Source: an uncultured Actinomycetes bacterium
GTDB taxonomy: Bacteria > Actinomycetota > UBA4738 > HRBIN12
Length of the DNA: 64,000 nt
Assembly (NCBI GenBank): GCA_963790335.1
Contig: CAWBOB010000007.1
Location: forward strand, 161,069-225,068
Reading direction: 5' to 3'
Numbering within the stretch: the first letter of the stretch is position 1; each line of letters begins with the position of its first letter. The notes under the pieces were generated by a model, which was given only the letters and a program-made list of their open reading frames with translations, was not told the origin of the DNA and did not search any database. Shown in pieces: positions 56,541 to 64,000 of the stretch. Position numbers and translations under genes: made by a program.

Positions 56541-57440
56541 ATGCCACCTGCCGACCGGCCGAGCGACGCCGACCTCGAACGCGCGGTTCGTGCGCTCAGG
56601 GCCGAGCCGACGGCCTGGCGGGCCGTGACGCGCGGAGGCCAGACCGCAGCCTCGCGATGGGTGGCGACGCTTCCCGACGGCTCCACCCGGTTCGTGAAGA
56701 TCGCGCACACCGACGACACGGCCTCGTGGATCCGCGACGAACACCTCTTCTACGCGTCGGCAGGACGGCGTCCGTATCTGCCCGCCTTCCTCGGCTGGCG
56801 CGACGACGGCGAGCGCCCGGTGTTGGTACTCGAGGATCTCTCGGACGCCGAGTGGCCTCCCCCGTGGTCGGCTGATCGTGTCGACGAGGTGCTGCGATGC
56901 CTGGGGGAGGTGGCCGACAGCGAGCCGCCTCCGGATCTTCCCGATGCTCGGAACAGCCAGTTCGCGCTCGACGCCTGGCCCGAGGTGGCGGCCGAGCCCG
57001 GTCGGTTCCTGGCGCTGGGGCTGTGCTCCGGGGACTGGCTCGAGCGCCATCTGCCCGCGCTCGCGGCGGCGTCGGCGGCTGCGACATTCACCGGCGACCA
57101 GCTCCTGCACTTCGACGTTCGAAGCGACAACCTCTGCGTGCGCGACGGGCGCGCCCTGCTCGTCGACTGGAACTTCGCGTGCGTCGGCAACCCCGTGTTC
57201 GACGTGGCCGCGTGGCTCCCCAGCCTGCACGCCGAGGGCGGACCCCCTCCCGAAACCGTGCTTGCCACCACCGACGAGGTCGCTGCGATCGCGTCGCTCC
57301 TTGCCGGCTACTTCGGGTGGCGAGGCGCCCATCCCGACATCCCGGAGGCCCCGCACGTGCGTCCGCTGCAGCGGCGGCAGGCGGCGACCGCGCTCCCCTG
57401 GGCGGCCCGCGCGCTGGGACTTCCCTCACCGACGGGCTGA
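56541..57440 (+). CDS. Phosphotransferase (aminoglycoside/choline kinase-like, APH family)
   Basis: 299 aa. Catalytic loop LLHFDVRSDNLCV and LVDWNFA. Confidence 0.8.
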   Translation: MPPADRPSDADLERAVRALRAEPTAWRAVTRGGQTAASRWVATLPDGSTRFVKIAHTDDTASWIRDEHLFYASAGRRPYLPAFLGWRDDGERPVLVLEDLSDAEWPPPWSADRVDEVLRCLGEVADSEPPPDLPDARNSQFALDAWPEVAAEPGRFLALGLCSGDWLERHLPALAAASAAATFTGDQLLHFDVRSDNLCVRDGRALLVDWNFACVGNPVFDVAAWLPSLHAEGGPPPETVLATTDEVAAIASLLAGYFGWRGAHPDIPEAPHVRPLQRRQAATALPWAARALGLPSPTG

Positions 57441-57467
57441 GGCCACGGGCCCTGCCACTCGAGGCAC

Positions 57468-57485
57468 CTGCAACCGTCATTGCAG
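57468..57485. promoter_or_regulatory. Dyad CTGCAA-N6-TTGCAG upstream of the Fur-family gene
   Basis: Read from the sequence, 61 nt upstream of ATG 57546. It does not resemble AT-rich Fur/Zur boxes. Confidence 0.25.
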
Positions 57486-57545
57486 ATGCAAGGCCCTGCT
57501 ACCATCGGCCGGGTGGAACGCACCCGTCACGACTACGCCGACGTC

Positions 57546-57947
57546 ATGAGCCAGCTCCGGACGAGGGGGCTGCGCATGACCCCGCAGCGGCGGGCGATCG
57601 TCACCGAAGTGATGCGGACGCACGGCCACATCTCCCCAGCCGATATCGCGCGCAAGGTCCAGGGGGAGATGCCCGGGGTCAACGCGTCCACCGTCTACCG
57701 GACCCTGACGCTCCTCGAAGAGGTCGGGGTGCTCTCACACTCCCATCTGGAGACGGGCGCCGAGTATCACCGGACCGAGGAGGCCGAGCACGTGCACCTC
57801 ACCTGTGGGCGATGCGGGAGAGACGATCCCCTGTCGCTCGACGAGGCGCATGCGCTGCAGGACCTGATCCGGACGCACCACGGGTTCGAGGCAGACCTGA
57901 CGCACTTCGCGATCACAGGACGCTGCGAGCGCTGCGCCTCGAACTGA
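57546..57947 (+). CDS. Fur family transcriptional regulator (metal not assignable)
   Basis: 133 aa from ATG 57546. LRMTPQRRAIV, HLTCGRCG...ITGRCERC (CxxC pairs). Confidence 0.88.
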   Translation: MSQLRTRGLRMTPQRRAIVTEVMRTHGHISPADIARKVQGEMPGVNASTVYRTLTLLEEVGVLSHSHLETGAEYHRTEEAEHVHLTCGRCGRDDPLSLDEAHALQDLIRTHHGFEADLTHFAITGRCERCASN

Positions 57948-57957
57948 GCTTCGGGCG

Positions 57958-58602
57958 TCAGTCGGCCCTCGTCTGGGAACCGGCGACGGCCGCCGACAGG
58001 CCGAGCGCGACGTAGATGCCGCCCGTCAGCACGCGCATCCGGCGAGCCGAACGAGACCCGCGCGCGCGGAGCCACGCTCCGGCCGTACCGGCGAGCATCG
58101 CGTAGCAGCTGTCGCTGATCATCGAGATCCCGACCAGGAGCACACCCAGCACGCCGAGCTGCGCCGCGGCCGACCCCCGCGCAGGGTCGACGAACTGCGG
58201 CAGGAACGCGAGGAAGAACAGCGCAGTCTTGGGGTTCAGCACCCCGACGAGCGCTCCCTGCGTGTAGATGCGCCGCAGTGACCGGGTCGGTGGGGCTGCG
58301 TCGATGCCCTCGGCGTCGCGGTCGAGCAGCCGGCGGACACCCAGGTACACGAGGTAGGCCGCGCCCAGGTACTTCACCGTGGTGAACGCCGTCGCCGACG
58401 ACATGAGCAGCGTGGAGAGTCCGACCGCCGCCGCAGGCACGTGCACGAGGGTTCCCGACGCGATGCCGAGGGCCGAGACGAGACCGGCGCCACGACCCTG
58501 GTCCACGCTGCGCGTCACGATGTAGATCACCGCGGGGCCGGGCACCACGGCGAACAGCAGGGCGGCGGCAGCGAAGACGGCGATCGTGTGGGCGTCGGGC
58601 AT
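57958..58602 (-). CDS. LysE/RhtB family amino-acid exporter
   Basis: 214 aa. PGPAVIY..., NPKTALFFLAFLPQFV. Confidence 0.85.
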   Translation of the reverse strand: MPDAHTIAVFAAAALLFAVVPGPAVIYIVTRSVDQGRGAGLVSALGIASGTLVHVPAAAVGLSTLLMSSATAFTTVKYLGAAYLVYLGVRRLLDRDAEGIDAAPPTRSLRRIYTQGALVGVLNPKTALFFLAFLPQFVDPARGSAAAQLGVLGVLLVGISMISDSCYAMLAGTAGAWLRARGSRSARRMRVLTGGIYVALGLSAAVAGSQTRAD

Positions 58603-58655
58603 GGCAGAACGAGCCTACGCTAGGCGTTCGGGGGAACCTTGGAGCTCTCGCTCGG

Positions 58656-59540
58656 TCAGGCGGGCAAGATGATCGAGAAGCGATCGAAGTGCGCGGCGCG
58701 TGCCGGTCCTTCCCCGAGGGAATCCGCGATCGCTTCGACCCGGGCCGAACCGTCGGCCACGGCCTCCGCCCCGTCGGCGAGCTCGCTCAAGTAGGCGCCC
58801 TCGGCCCGGAAGCGTGAACCGTGGGCCATGAAGACTTCCCGCACCGAGCCTGCGAGTTCATCAGCGAGCCTCCGCGTCGAGCGCGCGAAATCATCGAGCG
58901 ACGACGTTGGGTCGTTCACCAGGATCGAGGCGGTGTTCACGGTGTCGCCGCCGAACAACAGACCTTTGCGCTCCTCGAGGAAGCACACGCTGTCGGGTGT
59001 GTGGCCGGGCGTGTGCAGCACTCGAAGCACGACGCCACCGCCCAGGTCCAGAACGTCTCCGTCGCTCAGGGTGTGCGTGGCGATGCACGCTCCTACCGTC
59101 CACCGTTCCCAGCTGAAGCCTTCCGGCACCGGACGCAACCGGGCCACGTCGTCGACCAGCCCGAAGTAGTCCTGATCCGCTCGCTCGAACGCCGGCCACG
59201 CCGCGTACATCCCCTCCACCCACCGGCGATACGCCGCCAGCTCCCAGTCCTCGGGGCCTTCGGCCAGCGCTTGTACGCCGGCATGGTGGATCGCCACGTC
59301 GTCGAAGCCGCCGTTGCCTCCCACGTGGTCGTAGTGCCGGTGGGTGTTGGCGACCCGACGCTGCTGCGAGGCGGGACCGGCGCTGAGCCCGTCACCCACT
59401 GCCCGGATGTCCGATACGCCCAGCCCGGTGTCGATGTGCAGCCGAGCGTCAGCCCCCTCGACCAGGTAGGAGTTGACGTGGCACGGCTCGGCGATCAACC
59501 ACACGCGCTCTTCCAACGGACGCGTCGAGAACCATCCCAC
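58656..59540 (-). CDS. MBL-fold metallo-hydrolase
   Basis: 294 aa. THRHYDHVGG (HxHxDH), HTPGHTPDS. Confidence 0.88.
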   Translation of the reverse strand: MGWFSTRPLEERVWLIAEPCHVNSYLVEGADARLHIDTGLGVSDIRAVGDGLSAGPASQQRRVANTHRHYDHVGGNGGFDDVAIHHAGVQALAEGPEDWELAAYRRWVEGMYAAWPAFERADQDYFGLVDDVARLRPVPEGFSWERWTVGACIATHTLSDGDVLDLGGGVVLRVLHTPGHTPDSVCFLEERKGLLFGGDTVNTASILVNDPTSSLDDFARSTRRLADELAGSVREVFMAHGSRFRAEGAYLSELADGAEAVADGSARVEAIADSLGEGPARAAHFDRFSIILPA

Positions 59541-59615
59541 GAGGAGGCGAACCTAGCAGACGGGTCTGTTCGACCGGCGCCGGCGTGCCTGCGCCGCTCG
59601 GTAGGCTGGCAGGTC

Positions 59616-60165
59616 ATGAGATACGTCGCGCTGCTGCGCGGAATCAACGTCGGAGGCAAGAACCTGATCCGGATGGGGGACCTGCAGGCGTGTTTCCGGG
59701 ACCATGGATTCGAGGACGTGGCGACGTACATCCAGAGCGGCAACGTCGTCTTCGGATCGAGCGGATCGAGCTCCGGCATGCTCACCGACCGCATCGAACG
59801 GATGCTCGCGTCGAACTTCGACTACGACGCGAGTGTCGTCGTGCGCAGCCGGACGCAGATGCGGTCGGTCGTCGAGCGGGCCCCGGCGGGGTTCGGAGCA
59901 CGAGCCGACCACGTACCGCTCCGACGTCATCTTCCTGAAGGCACCGCTCACTGCGCGCACCGCCATGAAGAGCGTGCTCATCAGGGAGGGCGTCGACGAG
60001 GCACATGCGGGGCGCGGCGTCATCTACTTCTCGAGGCTCACCAGCCGAGCCGCACAGAGCCGGTTGAGCAGGATCGTGTCGATGCCCGTCTATCAAGGCA
60101 TGACCATCCGGAACTGGAACACGACGACGAGGTTGGTGGACCTGCTGGATGCCTCGGAGGCGTGA
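59616..60165 (+). pseudogene. DUF1697 family protein, frameshifted as sequenced
   Basis: ATG 59616 (MRYVALLRGINVGGKNLIRMGDL...) is in the frame of ORF 58821..60194. The C-terminus is in ORF 59704..60165 (YRSDVIFLKAP...TIRNWNTTTRL). The junction is at ~59890-59896. Confidence 0.75.
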
Positions 60166-60197
60166 GCGCCGAGCGCTCCCGCGCGCAGGGTTGATCC

Positions 60198-60857
60198 CTA
60201 CGCGTCCTGAACGGCGATCCTGAGGCCGAGCGCGACGAGGACGACGCCGCTGACGACCTCGATCCTGCGGCGGATCCGGTCCTGGCGCAGGAAGCCTGCT
60301 GCCCTGGTGACGATCGCCACGTAGGCGAGCAGCCAGACGAGCCCCATCGCCAAGAACGTGCCTGAGAGCACCACGGTCTGGATGAATGCCCCATCGCCCG
60401 GGTCGACGAACTGCGGCAGCAGCGACAGGAACAGCAGTGCAACCTTCGGATTGAGCACGTTGCTCCAGAACCCTTGCCAGAACGGCGAGGATCCGATCGA
60501 TGAGACCGTGGCCCACGCCGAGAGACCGGACTCGGGCGACGATGCGACCGGGCCTTCGACGGTACGTCGGTGAACGCTCCAGATCGTGCGTACCCCGAGC
60601 CCGATGAGGACGACGGCACCCACGACCTTCACGACGGAGAAGGCAACGGACGAGGTGGCGAGCAGGGCCGAAAGCCCGACGGCCGCGGCTGCAGCATGCA
60701 CCAAGATGCCGGTGCAGACCCCGACCGCCGCCATCCGCGCCGCGGACCGGCCACCCGCGAGCGCGTGCGTGGCCACGAGCACCATGTCGGGCCCGGGCGT
60801 GATCACGACGATCGTCGCGACGCCGACGAACGCCACCCAATCCGGATCGAAGTGCAT
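60198..60857 (-). CDS. LysE/RhtB family exporter
   Basis: 219 aa from ATG 60857. TPGPDMV..., NPKVALLFLSLLPQFV. Confidence 0.85.
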   Translation of the reverse strand: MHFDPDWVAFVGVATIVVITPGPDMVLVATHALAGGRSAARMAAVGVCTGILVHAAAAAVGLSALLATSSVAFSVVKVVGAVVLIGLGVRTIWSVHRRTVEGPVASSPESGLSAWATVSSIGSSPFWQGFWSNVLNPKVALLFLSLLPQFVDPGDGAFIQTVVLSGTFLAMGLVWLLAYVAIVTRAAGFLRQDRIRRRIEVVSGVVLVALGLRIAVQDA

Positions 60858-61115
60858 CACATGGAGTTGGGACGAAGGGCCCGTGCGGGTCTGCGCGGCG
60901 GGGCGTATCAAGTACCCGTGGTCCACTCGCCGGATGGCTCCGGGTTCAGGGATCGGTCGCACCATCGCCACGCTAGCAGCCGGTCGTCGAGGGTGGTTCC
61001 CAACCGCCACAGGCGCCAGACTCCGGGACACCGTTCAGATCGAGACCATCGGCGGATTGACCCCTCCGCGCGTCACACGGAACGATTGTCTTCCCGAGAC
61101 GTTCAGGAGACCTCG

Positions 61116-61772
61116 ATGCGCGGTTCCATCGGTTCGAAGATGACGAGAAGGCGACTGCTCGCCGGCTCCGTCGCCGGGGCCGCCGTGTTGGCCGCCGACG
61201 CCGTGAAGCCCGCGACCGCGAACGCCGCCGACGGCGACGACCTGAAGATCGGCCAGGAGAACACCGCGGCGAACACGACCACGCTCTCGAGCGACGACGG
61301 GGGGTTGCACGTCATCTCGGACACCGATGACGCGTCGGTCGTCGGGATCAGCACGAGCGCGGACGGATACGGCATCCGCGGCACCGCTCCGTACATCGGC
61401 GTGCTCGGCGTGGGCGACCAGATCGGCGTCTACACCGTGAGCGACTACGGAGTGGGGGTTCACGCCCTCACCTACGACGGCACGGCGATCCTCGCTCAGA
61501 CCGCCGTGCCTCAAGGTACGGCGATCCGCGTCGAGGGCGTGGCACGCTTCACCCGAAGCGGCGTCGTCACCGTTGCGTCGGGCGCACGCCTGGCCAAGGT
61601 GAGCGTCACACCGATCTCCGCCGAGACGCTCGTCTTCGCCACGCCACAGCAGCGGCTGGCGGGTACCTACGTCGAGGCTGCCGTCCCGAACGATGGGAAC
61701 GACAGCTTCACCGTGCACCTGAACCGCCGAGCACCGCAGGATCTGCGTGTGGCGTGGTTCCTGCTCGGCTAG
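61116..61772 (+). CDS. Tat-signal secreted protein of unknown function
   Basis: ATG 61116 lies 5 nt after SD aggaga. Signal: MRGSIGSKMTRRRLLAGSVAGAAVLAADAVKPATANA. The mature part is Gly/Val/Thr-rich with repeated GVxG-like strands. No family recognised. Confidence 0.6.
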   Translation: MRGSIGSKMTRRRLLAGSVAGAAVLAADAVKPATANAADGDDLKIGQENTAANTTTLSSDDGGLHVISDTDDASVVGISTSADGYGIRGTAPYIGVLGVGDQIGVYTVSDYGVGVHALTYDGTAILAQTAVPQGTAIRVEGVARFTRSGVVTVASGARLAKVSVTPISAETLVFATPQQRLAGTYVEAAVPNDGNDSFTVHLNRRAPQDLRVAWFLLG

Positions 61773-61853
61773 CGCAACCCCGGCACGCACACCGGGCCGC
61801 GCGTCGAACGACCTCGAACCACGCCCACGAGCTCGGGTTCCTGGTGCAGGCCC

Positions 61854-62465
61854 TCAGGCCGATCGCCGAGGCGCGTCGCCTCCGCGAGCGAGCTCGACGG
61901 CGACAGCCCGTCGCACATCGGAGGAGGAAGCTCCGCGCCTCGCGAGGATCTCGCTCCCGATGCCGTCTGCCCGGACGATGCCGAGCAGGACGTGCTCGGT
62001 GCCGATGTACGTGTGCCGAAGGGCCTTGGCCTCGCGGAGGGCAAGAACGAGAGATCGCTTGGCACGCGGCGTGAAGCGCAGGTGGCCGGAGGCACGTGAG
62101 CCCGGCCGCCGGGAGCACCGGTGGCGATCGACGCGTCCATACCCGAACTCGAGAGCGCCGGGGCCGAATGCATCTTCGGCGCGTCGGCGAACCTCGTGGA
62201 GATCGATGCCGATCGCCTCCAATGCCTCGGCGTCTCGCTGCCCGAGCCCCATCGCCCCGTGCCCGGCGAGCTCGGCGACGTCCAGACGCACGGCGACCAG
62301 ATCGACCCCCATGAGCTCGAGCGCCCGTGCCCCTGCTGCTTCGCGCTGGCGAAGCAGGCCGAGGAGCAGGTGTTCGGTGCCGATGTGGAGGTGCCGCAGG
62401 TCCCTCGATTCCTCCTGCGCACGCACCACCACCTGTCGGGCCATCTCGGTGAACCGCTCGAACAC
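61854..62465 (-). CDS. Clp N-terminal (ClpA/B/C N-domain repeat) domain protein
   Basis: GTG 62465 lies 2 nt after the HTH stop. Two repeats: HLHIGTEHLLLGLL and HTYIGTEHVLLGIV. Confidence 0.8.
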   Translation of the reverse strand: MFERFTEMARQVVVRAQEESRDLRHLHIGTEHLLLGLLRQREAAGARALELMGVDLVAVRLDVAELAGHGAMGLGQRDAEALEAIGIDLHEVRRRAEDAFGPGALEFGYGRVDRHRCSRRPGSRASGHLRFTPRAKRSLVLALREAKALRHTYIGTEHVLLGIVRADGIGSEILARRGASSSDVRRAVAVELARGGDAPRRSA

Positions 62466-62467
62466 CG

Positions 62468-62698
62468 TTATCGCCCCCGTCTCGTGGATCGGCGCCCGGC
62501 ATGTTTCTTGTGCACCGCCTGCTTGCTGACCCCAAGCTCTGCGGCGACGTCCTGCCACGACCATCCGGCGCGGCGTGCGTTGTCGACCTGGAGGGCCTCG
62601 AGTCGCTCCAGCAACGTGCGGAGGGCCGCGACTGCCCGCAGTCCTACCCTCGGATCGCCGCTGCCTGCCTGCGTGGCCAGCGTGGTGGCTTCACTCAT
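62468..62698 (-). CDS. Small helix-turn-helix protein
   Basis: 76 aa. WSWQDVAAELGVSKQAVHKKH. Confidence 0.7.
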   Translation of the reverse strand: MSEATTLATQAGSGDPRVGLRAVAALRTLLERLEALQVDNARRAGWSWQDVAAELGVSKQAVHKKHAGRRSTRRGR

Positions 62699-62702
62699 GC
62701 GG

Positions 62703-62745
62703 TCAATCTACGTTGACGACTCCCCCTCTTGTCAACCTGGATTGA
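62703..62745 (-). promoter_or_regulatory. Promoter (TTGACA / TAGATT) overlapped by a 15-bp-arm inverted repeat; probably leaderless transcript
   Basis: Minus strand: TTGACA (rc 62730-62735), 19 nt, TAGATT (rc 62705-62710), 6 nt, ATG 62698. The arms TCAATCTACGTTGAC (62703-62717) and GTCAACCTGGATTGA (62731-62745) are complementary at 13 of 15 positions. Confidence 0.45.
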
Positions 62746-62827
62746 CTGGAGCGGAGGCCCGCCGGGTGCTGGCATCGCACACGCTCCGGTCGAGAAGCAG
62801 GAAGGAACGCCGCCCCATCGGTTCCGC

Positions 62828-63676
62828 TCAGTGTGTGTCGAACGGGATCTCCACGGGGAGGTCCCGGCCCCGGAGGCTCGTCCACATGAACGCCGCCATG
62901 AACAGAGCGGCGGCGGTGAGCACGACCGTTCCGCCAGACGACCAGTCGAGGTAGTACGACCCGTAGACGCCGACGAACCCACAGAACGTGCCGGTCGTGA
63001 CCGAGATCCAGAGCATGCGCCCGAAGCTGTCGGTCAGCAGCCGCCCGATGACCGGCGGGATGACGAGCATGGCAGCGATCATCGTGACGCCGAGCACGTT
63101 CATGGTGGCGGCGATCGTGGCCGTGAGCATGACGGCGAGCATCAGATCGACGCGCCCCGTGTGCACCCCCGACACCTCGGCTACCTCCGGATCGAAGGTC
63201 GAGAACAGCAGCGGCCGGTATCCCACGAAGACGAAGCACGCGACCGCGACCCCGACCAGCAGCACCACCAGCACGTCGATCGGCTCGACGCCCAGCACGT
63301 TGCCCCAGAGCAGGGACTCGAAGTTCACGACGAAGCTTCCCTGCATGGAGATCAGGATGATGCCGATCGCGAAGCTCGCCGAGGTGATGGCGCCGATCGC
63401 GGCGTCGGCGCCGATCGAACGGCGGCGCGCTACCCGGTTGATGAACAGCGCCGCCACGAGGCCCCATGCCCCCGCACCGATGAAGACGTTGACGCCGACG
63501 ATGGAGCTCGCCACGGCTCCCCCGAAGATGGCGTGGGACAGCCCGTGGCCGATGTAGCTCATGCCCCGCAGCACCACGTACACCCCGATCAGCCCGCAGA
63601 GCGCGCCACTCACCGTGGCGACGATGAGGGCCCGAACGAAGAACTCGTAGCCGAACGGCTCAAGCAGGGTGCTCAT
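62828..63676 (-). CDS. Metal (Zn/Mn-type, ABC-3 family) ABC transporter permease
   Basis: 282 aa. Polytopic, typical ZnuB/MntB-like sequence (GMSYIGHGLSHAIFGG). Confidence 0.88.
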   Translation of the reverse strand: MSTLLEPFGYEFFVRALIVATVSGALCGLIGVYVVLRGMSYIGHGLSHAIFGGAVASSIVGVNVFIGAGAWGLVAALFINRVARRRSIGADAAIGAITSASFAIGIILISMQGSFVVNFESLLWGNVLGVEPIDVLVVLLVGVAVACFVFVGYRPLLFSTFDPEVAEVSGVHTGRVDLMLAVMLTATIAATMNVLGVTMIAAMLVIPPVIGRLLTDSFGRMLWISVTTGTFCGFVGVYGSYYLDWSSGGTVVLTAAALFMAAFMWTSLRGRDLPVEIPFDTH

Positions 63677-64000
63677 GGTGTCCTTCCCGGAGCGGGACGA
63701 CGCTCGCGAGCCCTTCGTCGAGCTCCGGGTACTGCTCGACGACGATCGGCATGCCGCCGTGACTCAGCACCTCGAGGGGGGCGCCGTAGGTACGTTCCAG
63801 CACGTCGGGAGTGATGACGCGGGAGGGGACGCCGTGGGCGATCACCTCACGGTTGAGGCACACGAGGTACGGAAGGTGCGCCGCGATGCCGTTGAGGTCG
63901 TGGGTCGTCAGCACGATGGCGAGGCCGTCGTGGTGCAACTCGTGGATCACGTGCATCACGTCGTGGCGGGTGCGCACGTCGACGCCGCTCGTCGGCTCGT
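63660..64000 (-). CDS. Metal ABC transporter ATP-binding protein, 5' end beyond the window
   Basis: The frame stays open to the window edge. C-terminal part: ...TSGVDVRTRHDVMHVIHELHHDGLAIVLTTHDL (D-loop/H-loop region). 17-nt overlap with the permease start. Confidence 0.85.
   Translation of the reverse strand, partial: EPTSGVDVRTRHDVMHVIHELHHDGLAIVLTTHDLNGIAAHLPYLVCLNREVIAHGVPSRVITPDVLERTYGAPLEVLSHGGMPIVVEQYPELDEGLASVVPLREGHHEHPA

Noticed and set aside
54430-56547. 705-aa ORF as a single protein
   Set aside because: It is a composite. It joins an NmrA-like N-terminus, then out-of-frame read-through across the enoyl-CoA hydratase gene after a frameshift, then the small zinc-finger ORF at its end.
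60858-61115. Possible riboswitch or sRNA in the 258-bp gap between the LysE exporter and the Tat protein gene
   Set aside because: I could not recognise any known riboswitch core (guanidine, Mn, lysine etc.) or a convincing conserved-looking structure by eye. It needs a covariance-model scan.

Overview
Very GC-rich (by eye about 70%, not computed) actinobacterial-type chromosomal segment. It is densely coding, with about 65 CDS, mostly on the minus strand, and many ATGA/GTGA stop-start overlaps. I recognised no rRNA, tRNA, CRISPR array, transposase or integrase. A housekeeping backbone (pepN, ilvE, serA, gatB ... gatA, gatC, ligA, mnmA, a pabB-pabC fusion) is interleaved with accessory modules. 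(i) 572-5920: SDR, SDR, glutamine-synthetase-like ligase, P450, LLM oxidoreductase. (ii) 5927-11921: an hpaE/hpaD-like meta-cleavage pair followed by an amino-acid permease, a PLP decarboxylase and MarR. (iii) 15951-22496: a Rieske-less oxygenase catalytic subunit, a methyltransferase, a GcvT-like aminomethyltransferase, a CrtI-like flavoprotein and an MFS transporter. (iv) 25603-27402: a Rieske ferredoxin plus ferredoxin reductase. (v) 30298-45836: a ~15.5 kb block wedged between gatA and gatB. It carries an IclR-associated divergent cluster with a CoxLMS-type molybdenum hydroxylase, a P450, two class-III aminotransferases, an amidohydrolase-fold protein, VOC proteins, an aldehyde dehydrogenase, an SDR and a DMT transporter. 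This block is my best candidate for an undescribed pathway. About ten genes are broken or fused by single-nucleotide indels, mostly in short homopolymers. Several apparent fusions and pseudogenes are therefore probably assembly artefacts. Other observations: a repeated TAGTCT-N5-AGACTA palindrome; two SD-positioned non-canonical start codons (ACG, CTG); small zinc-ribbon ORFs, one of which (58 aa) has no own entry in the ORF track; and a probably leaderless HTH-ClpN operon with a palindromic operator. Protein-family calls rest on motifs I recognise by eye in the supplied translations. No database search was possible.
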